DNA of 63,185 nt, filler included, from Globobulimina sp. (GCA_003354225.1; 36 parts of 36 records of this genome joined end to end with filler, not necessarily neighbours in it), one strand, 5' to 3'; shown: positions 1 to 12,642, counted from the first letter of the whole stretch. Numbers and translations are program-made. Notes: generated by a model not told the origin, from the letters alone.

Positions 1-74
1 TTTTTTTTTAATATTTTTTTGTAGTCGGCAAGATGATATCTATATACTGTACATGTAGAGTATACAATATGTAC

Positions 75-245
75 CTTAGTCGGTTCCTGTTCCTTGACTT
101 TGTTAACAGTAGTTCTGGTATTGTATCGTTGAGTCATCGTTTCGAAACCAATAGCAGCACCAGTAGGCCTTTTCGACTGTTGTTGAGCAGCAATCATCGT
201 TTCGAAAACAGCAAAAGTGTTTGATTGGAACAAACGTTTTCTCAT
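75..245 (-). CDS. Small hypothetical protein, first exon (MRKRLFQSNTFAVFETM...EQEPTK)
   Basis: ATG at 245, 57 open codons ending at an AAG|GTACAT donor-like site; FETM occurs twice. No recognisable family. Confidence 0.35.
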
Positions 246-767
246 AAATTTTTTGAATCTTATATTTCGAAAGATAAGATAAGAAAGCGTCATTTTTTTT
301 ATCACTACAACCTTTCTTGTGTTGTGTGTGAGTGTTGATCTATTTATACCTGTCATGGTTAGGAATATAAAAAAATGGCTTCACTGTCAAAATACTGGCA
401 TAACTGGCATAAATTTTATCTCCTACGATTTCCTTATTAATATGTTTTGGAATAATGCGAAGTGCACTTGCACAGTAAGATAACTGTTTGTTGTTATTTT
501 CACTACACCACCTTGGTTGGCAGTTGGCATATTATTATTATTATCATATATCGGAGTACCTGTATCTTTTTCTCTGAATACCACTACCCATATGTTTTCT
601 CGCCATACTCTCAAAGAACTATTGAGATGACTCATGTATAGTGTGAGAAGTATTACGAAATAATTTATGACACAAGATAACTAAAATAAATAATAATCAA
701 ATAAGTATAGTAATAAAATAGACACATTGAAAACAAAAGTGAAGATCTCATTTTTTATAACTTTGAT

Positions 768-1129
768 TCAAGAGCTGCTGCTGTCTTCATCTCCACCTTT
801 TCTGTCAACGGCATCGAAGTTGTAAGGTTTAGGTATTTTCCGTTGGAAAATTTCGACCATGTCTGTTACTTCGGTACTTGAATCCTCTTCGCGTTGGGCT
901 TTAATAACGATTTTGCTTTGATCGGTAATCTTGTATTCAAACATTTCAACTTCCGTGCCTTCTTTGGCAAATTTTATTCGAAACTAAAAATGATACACTT
1001 ACAATATAAAACAACACAAGCACAAACAAACAATACCTTCGGCATGTCAGATTTTTCATTGGAGACCCATGCATTACCAGTGTGGAATGAAGGTCTACCG
1101 CCACGACCAGGAAAACAACCACGAGACAT
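768..1129 (-). CDS. Spliced 102-aa hypothetical protein (MSRGCFPGRGG...DMPK|FRIKFAKEG...GGDEDSSSS)
   Basis: Exons 1129-1037 and 983-768 joined in frame by a 53-nt GT-AG intron (984-1036, GTATTG...TTTTTAG). Confidence 0.6.
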
Positions 1130-1285
1130 AGTGATGAAAGCGTAAAATAGTAATTCGAGCAATAATAAATATCACAGTTGATTTCAACAAGCGCTTAATA
1201 TATAAAGATTGAGAGAGGGGCACGCTTAAACATGATAAGTCACGTCATATGATGACATAGATGACATCAACATAGTGTCGCAATA

Positions 1286-1659
1286 GTGAGCATCGAGCAA
1301 AGTGACGCTATCAGTGTTTACTGTTTGTCTGTTTGTGTCCTGTGGTCTTTCATCATAGATTTCGATTTTGAGTCAAACACGAAACAATTCTTGAATTTTT
1401 TGAAATTCTTGGCCAAATTATCCATTACCGAGCAACGTTCATTTATCGACAATGCCACTAACAAACATGTGAATATGTTGGTTATTTTCATTCGTCTTTG
1501 CAGTTCTGGAAAGGTATTATGTCAGGACAAAAAACTTTTCAATCGGTTGGCAAAACATAGCGAAGTATTTTTTGCTCTGAAAATGGCAAAAAAATCAAAT
1601 ACCAATACCGCCGAAAAAGTGCAAGCTTTCAAGGGAGTGCTTCATGATAAATACAGTCT
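1286..1659 (+). CDS. Basic helical protein resembling a small conserved Polinton/adintovirus protein (partial)
   Basis: FLKFLAKLS..EQRSFIDNATNKHVNML...G.V....RLAKH..V..L resembles the Maverick/adintovirus pattern as I recall it (FL.LLAK....RK.LL..A.K.QI..L.E..LN.L.GN.P). True start uncertain. Confidence 0.4.
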
Positions 1660-1759
1660 NNNNNNNNNNNNNNNNNNNNNNNNNNNNNNNNNNNNNNNNN
1701 NNNTTAATTAATTAANNNNNNNNNNNNNNNNNNNNNNNNNNNNNNNNNNNNNNNNNNNN
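1660..1759. other. Artificial contig spacer (N44-TTAATTAATTAA-N44); first of 35 such spacers
   Basis: Same 100-nt block recurs every 1756-1759 bp; TTAATTAATTAA gives stops in all six frames; contig lengths fall monotonically 1659 to 1656. Confidence 0.99.
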
Positions 1760-1878
1760 ATCATCAAATAAAATATATGTTGCTGCACCAATCCAAGCAT
1801 CACCACAACTAACAATATTTTTTATTTCTTTTTCAAATGTTTTTATTTTTGTTATTTGTTTAATATCTTCATTTTTAC
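1760..1878. repeat. 119-bp exact direct repeat at both contig ends (second copy 3300-3418)
   Basis: ATCATCAAATAAAATATATG...ATCTTCATTTTTAC identical at 1760-1878 and 3300-3418; period 1540 bp. Confidence 0.95.
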
Positions 1879-2053
1879 CATTACCTTGCTGTCCATATTC
1901 ATTATCACCAATAGAATATAATAGCAATAAAATATAATAATGGAACGCATGAATGATGCTAATAATATCTGTATGGATGTATGGAGTGCTACAGTTTCTA
2001 ACGTATCCACTTACTAATAATTGGGATCGTCTTTTCCTGACAGCATTGTTCAT
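1760..2053 (-). CDS. RCC1-repeat protein, N-terminal part (continues through the contig end-overlap into 3418-2276)
   Basis: ATG at 2053; LYSIGDNEYGQQGNG RCC1 motif; runs in frame into the 119-bp terminal repeat. Confidence 0.85.
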
Positions 2054-2275
2054 TTTCTGTGAACGTTTTCGGATATTGATGAGAAAAACATGAATGAAAT
2101 GAATGACAAATTATTAAACGTATTTTCGCAGCGATAATAATAATATGTGATGATAGCGTAAAGAAAGCAGCTTATGAACAAGATCATCACTTTTATTATT
2201 TTTGTTTTTATTTTATTATAAAGCAGTTGATAAAAACAACGAAAATTCAAATGTCACTTTTTTTTTCATCTTCAT

Positions 2276-3418
2276 TTAAATTTGACAAATTACTATTCGT
2301 GTTTCAAAAGATCCAGGATACATTTCAATAATTTCTTCATGTTTATCAAAATAATTTGAATTAAATAATAAGGGTTTCTTAATATTTGATGGCGGATTGC
2401 CATCACGAACATATAAACATTGATTATATGCATTAGATCCCCATAAATAAAATTTATTATCCGCTGTTTTAATAATATTATGATTTGAACCACATTTAAT
2501 ATCAATAATTGTTAATGTTCCATTTGGTTGTGGTAAAAACACATTTTTATTTGAACCATTACCACATTGATATAAATGATTCCTTCCAAAACAATATATC
2601 TTATTTTTTTATTATTACATATATTTGTATATGACAGACAAAACAACACAAAAAGATCAAAACTTTCTTATTTAATGATAATAATATATTATGATAATAA
2701 CCACAACATATTTTACCAATTTTAATATTGTTTTGAATAAAATATTGTATTCTTGTCGCTAAATATCTATGACTATCATCTCCATGGCCTAAACTACCAT
2801 CTCTGCCGTATCCCCATGACCAGACGACACCATAATTATCATCAATTGCTAAGGTATGCCAACATCCACAAGATATATCCTTAAATTTTATTTTTATTTG
2901 AATTTCTTGAATATTTGATGATGATTTAATACCTTTACCTAATCCTAAACCACCATAACCTACATCATAACCAGCAACATATATTTTACCATTTGTACTT
3001 AAAAATGTTGTATATTTCCCTGCTGTGGCTACTTTTTGAATCGATAATGGTGTATTAATTGGTGCCCATTTATTATTATTTTCTGTATTTGTTTTTATAC
3101 CAAATTGATTATAAGAATTCCGTCCGACAGCATATAATTTATTATCATTTGAAATACAAAATGAATGACTTGATCCATTTGGTGCTGTAAATATATTTTT
3201 TATTTTCATATCTTTTACTTGATGCCATATATTAATATTATTATAATGTCCAACACCTAATACACCCCATCCATTATAACCGCAACATTCATATGTTTCA
3301 TCATCAAATAAAATATATGTTGCTGCACCAATCCAAGCATCACCACAACTAACAATATTTTTTATTTCTTTTTCAAATGTTTTTATTTTTGTTATTTGTT
3401 TAATATCTTCATTTTTAC
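2276..3418 (-). CDS. RCC1/BLIP-II beta-propeller protein, C-terminal part, one intron (2600-2663)
   Basis: LYAVGRNSYNQFG, ISCGCWHTLAID..VWSWGYGRDGSLGHG, ICCGYYHNILL, IKCGSNHNII..FYLWGSNAYNQC; a 64-nt GT-AG intron restores the frame. Confidence 0.9.
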
Positions 3419-3518
3419 NNNNNNNNNNNNNNNNNNNNNNNNNNNNNNNNNNNNNNNNNNNNTTAATTAATTAANNNNNNNNNNNNNNNNNNNNNNNNNN
3501 NNNNNNNNNNNNNNNNNN

Positions 3519-5017
3519 CTATCCCTTGTTTTATTTTGTGTTATATTCTCGTTCTTATTTGTTGTTGCAATAAGAGCATCCTTTTCATTCTCTTTCTCTT
3601 CTTCCTTATTTGACGATGTTATTGTTTCATTTGTTTTTTCCTCAGAAATTGGTAACAATCCACCAAACTTAGAAGCATCTGAATATTCGTTAACAATATG
3701 CAATCCACTTTTAGTCGCAATATCAAATGATTTTGAATTTTTGGTTCTTGCCACATCACTTTTATACATATGTTGCGTTTGTTTTTGCATAATATCTGCA
3801 TCCGGATCAGCCACTTGGTCCAATGTCTCATATTTTCTTTTCTCTGTTTGTTGTTGTTTAACGCACCAAAAATATCCTAAACATAAAAATAATAAAAATA
3901 AGACACAGCCAACAATGATACCGATGATCGCAGCCCAATCAGCAATATCATCATCTGCTCCATCACCATTATCCTCCGTTGGTGGCTGTGTTGGAATTGG
4001 TGTTGGAAACGGATATATTCCCTCTCTATAACAAACAGATGTGTTTCCCTCACAATTCCATGAAGATAATGATATTATACATTGTTCATCATAGCCTGCA
4101 TCACAACTCATCATTGCTTGATAACTCATCTCTACATTTCCTGTTTTTGCTACAAATCGGGTTAAATCTATATCATCCCAACTATTGATGGCATATAACC
4201 TCATTTCATTATGTATTGTTCCTGAATCACCTGACAAGTAAACAAAAATTAAATATATAAAACAAAATAATATGACATTTTTTGGATATTTACTCCATAA
4301 AATTGTACAAGAAATAATTGATTTGTGTGGACATTTATTTATGTTTTTCGTCTTTTATATGTCCACACAAATCAATTATTTCTTGTGAGCGATACGCAAA
4401 TATATATCTGGTAAATGTCCACAAAATGTCACTATATTTATATTATACACCCCATAAATGAAATGAATACCATTTATTTGACATCTTTTGTTATGATTAA
4501 GAGCCGTCGGACATCCAACCTGCATGTTTTTGCATGCATTCCTATTATTTGCACAATTTATTGTTAATAGTGAGGTATTTCTGCCATCAAAACGTCCATC
4601 ATAGCATGAAAATAAATTATTACAATTAATTAGACATTGCCCAGTATTTGGACAATGTATATATGAATTAACTAACGCATATTGTCCATTTGCATGAATT
4701 ATACAGTTTGAGGTTTGTGGACAATAAATCTCGATGGTATCGCATGAATAGTCACCGTCACAAAATATTACACAGTTTGCATGTGATGGACAATAAATTG
4801 TTGATTCTTTTGTGGTTACACGGCACGAGTTTTTACCCAAACAAGTAATATTACATTGTCCATCCATGTTGTTATTACAATTTATTGTAGCTCCATCGCA
4901 TGAACCCACACCATTGCAATTTATCGAGCATGTGGTTGATGTCTCATTGCATGCAATTGTTGTATGATAGCAGTGTGATGCTGACCAGTCATTATCACAA
5001 TTTATCACTTCTGACAT
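3519..5017 (-). CDS. Cys-rich repeat single-pass membrane protein (multi-exon, partial)
   Basis: Repeats of C.I.C.G..SC...I.CP; PTPIPTQPPT stalk; TM WAAIIGIIVGCVLFLLFLCLGYFW; basic cytoplasmic start. Confidence 0.75.
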
Positions 5018-5383
5018 TAACGGATATACTGCATATCATATATATTTGATTACACATGAATTAGTTCGGATTAACGTAATTAATTACGAAACTGAGATGT
5101 ATGATAAGGAAAACAATTGAATTTGGAAAGTTTGTTTTCATTGAGGACATGACTCGATATTAAAGATAAGGTAAGTTNNNNNNNNNNNNNNNNNNNNNNN
5201 NNNNNNNNNNNNNNNNNNNNNTTAATTAATTAANNNNNNNNNNNNNNNNNNNNNNNNNNNNNNNNNNNNNNNNNNNNTGTTCAGTCAATAAGAAAAAAGA
5301 AACATTTGTAGCGTGAAATCTGAGATCCAAAAAACAATTCAACCAACAGAAAAATGTTGTAATTCAAAAACATTAAATATATT

Positions 5384-6040
5384 TTAAATAAATGTTGATG
5401 AAAATCCAAATGGCACATCAACGTCAAACTCAATATCATCGTCAAGTTCTGAATAATTATCCCATTCATTTGTAAAATCGTCTGTGAATTCATTAGTTTG
5501 TTCCATTGATGTGGACAATGATTGCAGTCCATATTTGCTTTTCAAATTTATGCCTAGTTTTTGTTCAGTTTCTGTTCTTAGGCTGCTATCAATTTCATTT
5601 GTATTGTAATCTTCGTCATCACTCAACCAATCCAATGGCGGCTCATCCGAATCGGAATTAGTTTTTGTTTGCGGTGTGTCTTGGATTGGTGGACAAAATT
5701 GTGGCGCATTGTTATCACTGTGATTATATCTTTTCGCATAAAACATTCTCGTGTTATGGTGATTTAATCTATTATTTGAATTAAATTTATTTTGTTGAAC
5801 AATATTTTTTTGCCGACCATAATATTTTGGATGGTCCCATGGAGAAATGTTTGTTGCTTTTTTTTGTAATTCATTAATTTGGAAACGTAACAATGCCGCA
5901 GCTTTACATACTAATACATGCGGCGGAATATTCCCTGGAAGATGTGCCAAATTCAATGCAGTTTTCAATTCATTCAATGACTGTTTATATCGTGCTGCCA
6001 GCAATGTTTCTGTAACATTCACAGTTTGATTCATGTTCAT
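5384..6040 (-). CDS. Hypothetical protein with acidic C-terminus
   Basis: Open frame over 200 codons; no family recognised. Confidence 0.5.
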   Translation of the reverse strand: MNMNQTVNVTETLLAARYKQSLNELKTALNLAHLPGNIPPHVLVCKAAALLRFQINELQKKATNISPWDHPKYYGRQKNIVQQNKFNSNNRLNHHNTRMFYAKRYNHSDNNAPQFCPPIQDTPQTKTNSDSDEPPLDWLSDDEDYNTNEIDSSLRTETEQKLGINLKSKYGLQSLSTSMEQTNEFTDDFTNEWDNYSELDDDIEFDVDVPFGFSSTFI

Positions 6041-6300
6041 GAAGTTGATTTGTTTTGTTTTTGAGATTTTAAATATCAATCAAAAAAAGAGCAAATCAAC
6101 AGATATTTCAAAAAACGTTATTTATTTTGTTTGGGTTGGTTGATATTATGAGTTGCATTCATAGTAAAATCATCTCATAATTGATCACTGCAGTTAGCTA
6201 TATCGATTATGGTGTTTTAAGTTAGAATTAGTGTATAAGTTAAAAAGTGAACGCGCGGACAAAGTATGTTTTATTATTTTATATGGATATCAGCCATTTA

Positions 6301-6936
6301 TCAGGCCCATATATGTATTTCTCCCGCTTTGTTTCCGGTATAAATTTCATTTTGAACATCATTATAAAAAATCGCAGTAATGCGCTTTAATGGATTTTTA
6401 CGCGTAAAGGTATTTTGCCTCTCTTTATTAATTTGCGGCGATAAACACCATCGCGGTTTTAAGCCTATTTTATTTTCCATCATGTCGTCATCGCACATAA
6501 TCCAACCAAATAAAGCGCCGTCTTCCAATGAATTTATTTGTATAATACCTTCTTTCCGTGCATCTTTTTGTAAGTTTACAAATTTGGAATAATAAATAAT
6601 TTTTGTTTGATTCGCAGTGATAAAAATCACAGATTCGCGGTTATCCGCATCTTTTATATGTTGCTTTAATTGAAAGTCGTCGCTGGAAATCAAATCTAAC
6701 ACTCCATAATGCCCACATTTTTTGTGATTTTCTTCTTTATGTTTCTCTTCTTTTTCTGCATCTAATTTGCGATTAAATTGCAAGCTCTTATAATATAATA
6801 ATCGGTTACATCGTTTTAAAAATAAATATGCGTCGGGAATCTCAAACTGATTCACTATTTTCGGCGGCTTTTTTTTGTCGCGACACTTTTTTACACAAAA
6901 AAATAAGTTTTTATATAGAAAAATAATATAACTCAA
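6301..6936 (-). CDS. WD40-like propeller protein, C-terminal fragment
   Basis: Ends ITAIFYNDVQNEIYTGNKAGEIHIWA, like an uncharacterised plant/protist WD40-like family; IFITANQTKIIYYSK also fits. Confidence 0.65.
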   Translation of the reverse strand: MSYIIFLYKNLFFCVKKCRDKKKPPKIVNQFEIPDAYLFLKRCNRLLYYKSLQFNRKLDAEKEEKHKEENHKKCGHYGVLDLISSDDFQLKQHIKDADNRESVIFITANQTKIIYYSKFVNLQKDARKEGIIQINSLEDGALFGWIMCDDDMMENKIGLKPRWCLSPQINKERQNTFTRKNPLKRITAIFYNDVQNEIYTGNKAGEIHIWA

Positions 6937-7351
6937 NNNNNNNNNNNNNNNNNNNNNNNNNNNNNNNNNNNNNNNNNNNNTTAATTAATTAANNNNNNNN
7001 NNNNNNNNNNNNNNNNNNNNNNNNNNNNNNNNNNNNTTTACTGTTTGGTCACTGATTTTTTATGTAAACACAGTGGAGTTGGATATTGCTTTTTTGATAG
7101 ACAAAATTTGCTGTACCTTTTTGTGACACAGATTTACTTTTCACATCAACATCATATGCTTGATGTATTGTGAATGTACAGTTTGCATTCACTTTGCAAA
7201 CCCAATGCAAATATACTTTTCATAAATCATATACAAAATATTCAGTTTCGTCTCCTTTGTGATATTAAGTTTTTCTTCAAGAGTATGATTCCACCGCTTT
7301 GTGTTAAGAATGAGCAAGATGTACAATGATTAAATTATTACATTACGAGAA

Positions 7352-8695
7352 TCAGAGTGTAAAATCTTTATTAGCATATTTTTCAACATCATAAAATTGA
7401 GCCACAACAACCCTTTTTTCGAATGTCCTCCCTTGTAACGAATCTTTTGCAGATTGCGCCTGCTCACAAGCCTCAAATTCAACAAACACTTTTCCTAAAC
7501 CCGCCACAATGTCCACCGCATTCAATGCTGGTCGAGGAATCGTAATACTTTTCACAGTGCCATACTTTGAACATTCATCCTTTATATCCTCCACAATCTC
7601 CCTATACTCGTCATCATCTTTCAAATCATCATTGGTCACCATTTGCGACAATATCAACACATTTGATTTCGAATTCGTTTCAATAACTTGCATTTGCTGC
7701 AGCTGTGCCTGAGGCTGTGCTATGTTGACGTTCTGCGGTGTCTGCTGTTGTATAGTCGACGGTGTATGTCTCCTAACCGCCAACTGTCGATCTCCAATTT
7801 TAATGCCATTCAATCCCACAATGGCCGAATCAGTCACATTGGCATCCTCATACTGAAAGAAACAATAACCTTTGGACAGGCCGGTCGATTGGTCCTTGGC
7901 CAGGAAAAAAGCGCGTAACTGGCCATAAGTGGACAGCAATTCCTTCACCTGTTCCTCTGTCAAACTGTACGGTATTCCTCCACAGTACAACTTATTCGGC
8001 CCATTGGGCACAAAGTTGCTCACAATGCCCAGAGCCGACGTATTCAATTTCGGCACATTATCCGCTCGCAACTCCTGTGGCAATAAACTTGGATTGTAAT
8101 TTGCCGGTCGTCCGATTTTCAGCGACTCGCCGAAGAACTGAATGCCTTCCAACTCCATCGCCTGAGTCGCTTCTTGCGGCGAACGAAACTCTACGAACGC
8201 AAATCTACAGAGTGGCAGTGTGTTATTTTAATTATATCACAATTATAAGATATAAAAGTACCTCTTTTGCGCGTTCAGATAGACGTTGGTCACCGAGGGT
8301 TCCTGCGCCAGAGCTTCGGTCTCGTCCTTTTCGCCGTCATTGACATTGTTTGGTTTCGCTGCGATCATCGTAGCATTGAAGAACTTACGAATCTCATCTT
8401 CCGACACATTGTGCGGTAGGTTTCCGACATAGATGCGCTTACTCGCACGAGTGGCATGCATGAAATTGGCAGTTTGTTGGTTGACAGTGGTGCTTAACTC
8501 GATGTTGTTATCCATTTCGTTCATAGCTTGGATGCCTTCCATGTTGTTCTTCATATCAATGTCCATCATAGTGATAGCAGCATCCTCTGCGTCCATCGCA
8601 TTGCTCTCAATGTTGCCCATTCCGAGCACATTGCCCAAGTTCGGATTGCCAGCGCCCGCAGCCAACGCAGACAATGTGCTCGATGACAGCAAGCT
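7352..8695 (-). CDS. U2AF2: Splicing factor U2AF large subunit (RRM1-RRM2-UHM), 5' partial, intron 8205-8261
   Basis: ATRASKRIYVGNLP; KR|FAFVEFRS; LKIGRPANY; NKLYCGGIPYSLTEEQVKELL; SKGYCFFQY; DDDEYREIVEDIKDECSKYG; GLGKVFVEF. Confidence 0.95.
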
Positions 8696-8795
8696 NNNNN
8701 NNNNNNNNNNNNNNNNNNNNNNNNNNNNNNNNNNNNNNNTTAATTAATTAANNNNNNNNNNNNNNNNNNNNNNNNNNNNNNNNNNNNNNNNNNNN

Positions 8796-9630
8796 AGGCA
8801 AAAAAGATTGTTGGGGCAAACGAAGAAGACGAAAAAAAGGAAATGGACGCGGTAAAAAAAGATATAGAAAAGACTGCGATGATGACGATGATTGGTGGCC
8901 AATAATTTCATCGACATGGGCCAATTTCAATGATACCTCAGAAGATTATTTCAATGACACCAATGCCACGTACATGGACACCACAGATGCCACGGACACT
9001 ACAAATGATATTAGCACTACGACTACAAGTACCACAGAAGAGGAATGTCCGCCTATCTTAGAGCTGGATCCAGCAACATCACCTTGTAAATGTTGGGAGG
9101 GTTCTTTATTGGCAAACTGTCCTATACACGACGGCCGGTGTGAAATAGTGGATGGATTATGTGAGTCGGTGGGTGTTTTTGCACCAATGCAGGCGGATGA
9201 TGGTGGAGTTGAAAGCGGTGGATTTGAAGCTGGTACACACGGTACAGTTTAGTGTTGATTTTCTTTTGTATTTTTATACGTTTTTGACGTTTGTAGTGCA
9301 CATTATTATGGATTTTGTCTTGTTTTGTATATGTAATTGATTTGTGTTTAGACGGCGAGTATTATTGGCGGTGCTATTGCAGCGGCTGTGATTATATTAT
9401 GTTTGGTGATTGGCGGTATTCTCTGTGTGCGGAAAGGTAATAAATATGACAATATTGCGGCTGTGGATGAATGTGGTGAAGGGATTGAATTTGGACAGGC
9501 AATGCCAATGGAAACGGGAGGAAGTGGAGAAACAGGAAAAACGCACACAATCATTAAATATCAAAGCAGCGATGATGAAGATGAAGATAACAATGCATTG
9601 ATTGATGGGAATAATAATTATACAAAATAG
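8796..9630 (+). CDS. Single-pass membrane protein with Thr-rich stalk and small Cys domain (partial, one intron)
   Basis: Thr-rich tract, Cys cluster, GT-AG intron about 9242-9351, TM IIGGAIAAAVIILCLVIGGILCV followed by RKG. Confidence 0.65.
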
Positions 9631-10554
9631 AAATTCAAATAATAATTCTAAAAATTGTCAAACAATTGTTTTAAATGAAACTTGCATGTACGGTGATTAT
9701 AGGAACGAGGATTGTTTATTTGCCTATTTATGATTTATTTTTTCTTATTACTATATTATGAAAGTCCTTTTCTTTAATTATGTACAGTAATTTTTTTGAT
9801 TCTATTTTGTTTTGTTTGTTTTGTTGTGCTCGAGATTGAATATTTGGTTGTTTTTGTCTGAATGTGTATGTTCTCCTGCATTATTATTGAATTATATTAT
9901 TATTATTATACTCGTTTCATTTGATTTGAATTTGCTTTGTACAAACAGGGTGGTTTTTGTTTTTTGGTTTTCTGTGAAAACCTTTTCAAGTAAAGTATAA
10001 TTTAATTACACTCGACACAAAAGTTGATGCGATGTACGAATGCAACCCTCTATCATCGACTCATAGAACATTGATTCTGCAACGTGCACAGAAACAGGGT
10101 GGTTTTCATTTAGTGGTATTGTTTTTTGTATAGAATATTCCAGTTGGCGGTGATGACTGAACTGAATGGAACTGAATGGTTTTATTGATATTGCCTGCTA
10201 AAGCATACTCAAGTCAATTTAACGAAAAAAAAAAATAAATAAAAAGATATGCACCTAAAATAAATGTTGATAGGAAGAACGTCAAAAACGTCAAAAACAG
10301 AAGAAGGAACCAGATAAAAACGCTTCCGAAAAATGAAATAGTATAATAATAAATTGAAAAAAAAATAGTACATTCACTACATTGTAACTAATTATATAAA
10401 ATAAATGAAAATAATAACAAATAATTGCATATAATGAGAAAAAATAAAGCCATANNNNNNNNNNNNNNNNNNNNNNNNNNNNNNNNNNNNNNNNNNNNTT
10501 AATTAATTAANNNNNNNNNNNNNNNNNNNNNNNNNNNNNNNNNNNNNNNNNNNN

Positions 10555-12213
10555 TTTCATCTTTATCTTTCCATTTTTGTTGATCCGTTTTTTCGTCACT
10601 AATATTAACATTATGGTTACCACGAATATCATGAATTGACTCATATTTTGCTAATTTTTCAATAATATCCAATTTTTGTTTGGCCAATTTGGTATATGTC
10701 ACTTCAAAATAATCGCTTGGTAGTTTGCCAGGGGCACAATATTGTGCATCAGTTTGAGATGATAATTGTTTTGCAAATTGCTCGGCCATTTTAGAATTTA
10801 TGTTCTGTCGCTTCATTTTTTGTTGAAAACGTTTTGCCAAATTTGTACGATGTTGGGCACAATAAAATATGTTACCGTCTAAATGATGTCCATTGGCCGT
10901 TGGTTTATTATTACAATTTCTAAACGCACAAACTGCAGCATGTGATATTTTATGTTTTTTGCCAGCAATACTTATCATATTTTTCGTTGTTGTTAGCATA
11001 GGATCAGCATCGATTTCTTTCCTCCACTCTGTCAATGATGCTTCAAATTGTTTCTTGCCTGCAATTATAAAAACAGTCAATTATCAATTATTATGAATAA
11101 AAATACCAAAAGAAACATACATTCATTAAGATATTCGGGTGACCAATTTGGGTCAACTGTGGGTTGTATTTTATTTTGATTCTTCTCATCATCATTGTTT
11201 CTCGATGTTACCCGGTGAACTAAAGGAGGTAACACCGGGGTAATATATGCGGTGACGATATATTTAATTGTTTATTCATTGCAGCAATTGCTTTTGGATC
11301 AATATCCATGGCGGATTTTGAATTTATAAGTATTATGACATTACGATCAATATTTCGACCATGCGGTACATATTTCATACATTGCCTCATATTTTCAATT
11401 ATTGCTTTATCAATGTTGTATAAATTGTGGATATCTAAATTTATCAAAATGCCATTTAATGTTTGATTAAATTTCCCAGGTTTGTCATATATAACTTTAA
11501 TTTGTGAATTTCTGGATTGATATATGCCACCAATACATAATAATGTTAGATTTGGTGATGCTTCTTTTTGCTGCTTAGGTTGTGGATTGCATCCCATTGC
11601 TACATTAAACGCGGCAGAATATTTGTTCGATGCTTTATATTTGTTATATAAAACATTTTGCATATTTCTATCACCACAGACTTTCACTAATTTTTCATAT
11701 TCAGTGCGGCATTCAATTGCATTTTTATTATAATATTTTGATACTTTTTTATATTCAATTTCCAGTTTAAATAATTTAATTTGCATTTGAATTCTTGATG
11801 CTTTTGCTGTATCATATTTCATTTTCATTGTAAAATCTGTCTGCTTCAATTTATGCGTTCTAGCAACCCGATCATTGCGTGTACGCCTTACATGCGAGTT
11901 TATTGAATGATTGCAGCTGTTACAAATACCGTTGTCATTCACACAACATGTATCCACAGAGGATGTACTGCAATCCGCATGACATACACTGGAACACCTG
12001 TTACATACAGTAGTTGCTATGGATACATTCTCGTAATCAGTCACATTTACATCATTTGTATAATTTTTATTGTTGAATTCCGTTTGTATTAATTGATTTA
12101 TCGTATTTTTTAATGATTTAATGTCAATTTCTGTTTTTAATTTTGCTCTAATAAATAACCCTAATTTACGCAATAATTGTTGAAATAATTTCTCGTTGAA
12201 AAATGAAAAGGGT
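10555..12213 (-). CDS. Large hypothetical protein with Cys/His cluster and coiled coil (partial, spliced)
   Basis: TTVCNRCSSVCHADC...C.V...GIC.SC.H....H cluster like those following some protist P-loop GTPase domains; long open frames on the minus strand. Confidence 0.5.
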
Positions 12214-12335
12214 NNNNNNNNNNNNNNNNNNNNNNNNNNNNNNNNNNNNNNNNNNNNTTAATTAATTAANNNNNNNNNNNNNNNNNNNNNNNNNNNNNNN
12301 NNNNNNNNNNNNNGAATAATTGTATAAATACATAC

Positions 12336-12599
12336 TGCATCATCCCAATTCTCGACAATTCCATATTTTATGGGATGTTGCAAAGTAAGAATGCCTCGTT
12401 TTGCTTGTGCTTCATCTCCAACATAGGTATTTTTCTGACCCATACCAACCATCACAACGTCAGTACGCGGTCTTCCAGTGATTGAAGGAAATATAGCTCG
12501 CGGTGCGTCATCTCCGCCAAAACCTGCTTTCATAACTCCTGAGCCATTGTCAATGACCACTGACGCATTGTCTTCATAGACTTCAAACATGTCCATCAT
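12336..12599 (-). CDS. ACT: Actin (divergent paralogue), first exon
   Basis: [30 protein letters not shown]...[33 protein letters not shown], then GTATGT donor at 12335. Confidence 0.93.
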
Positions 12600-12642
12600 A
12601 GAATAATTAATATTTGAAAAAACTGTCACTACTACTAACGTC

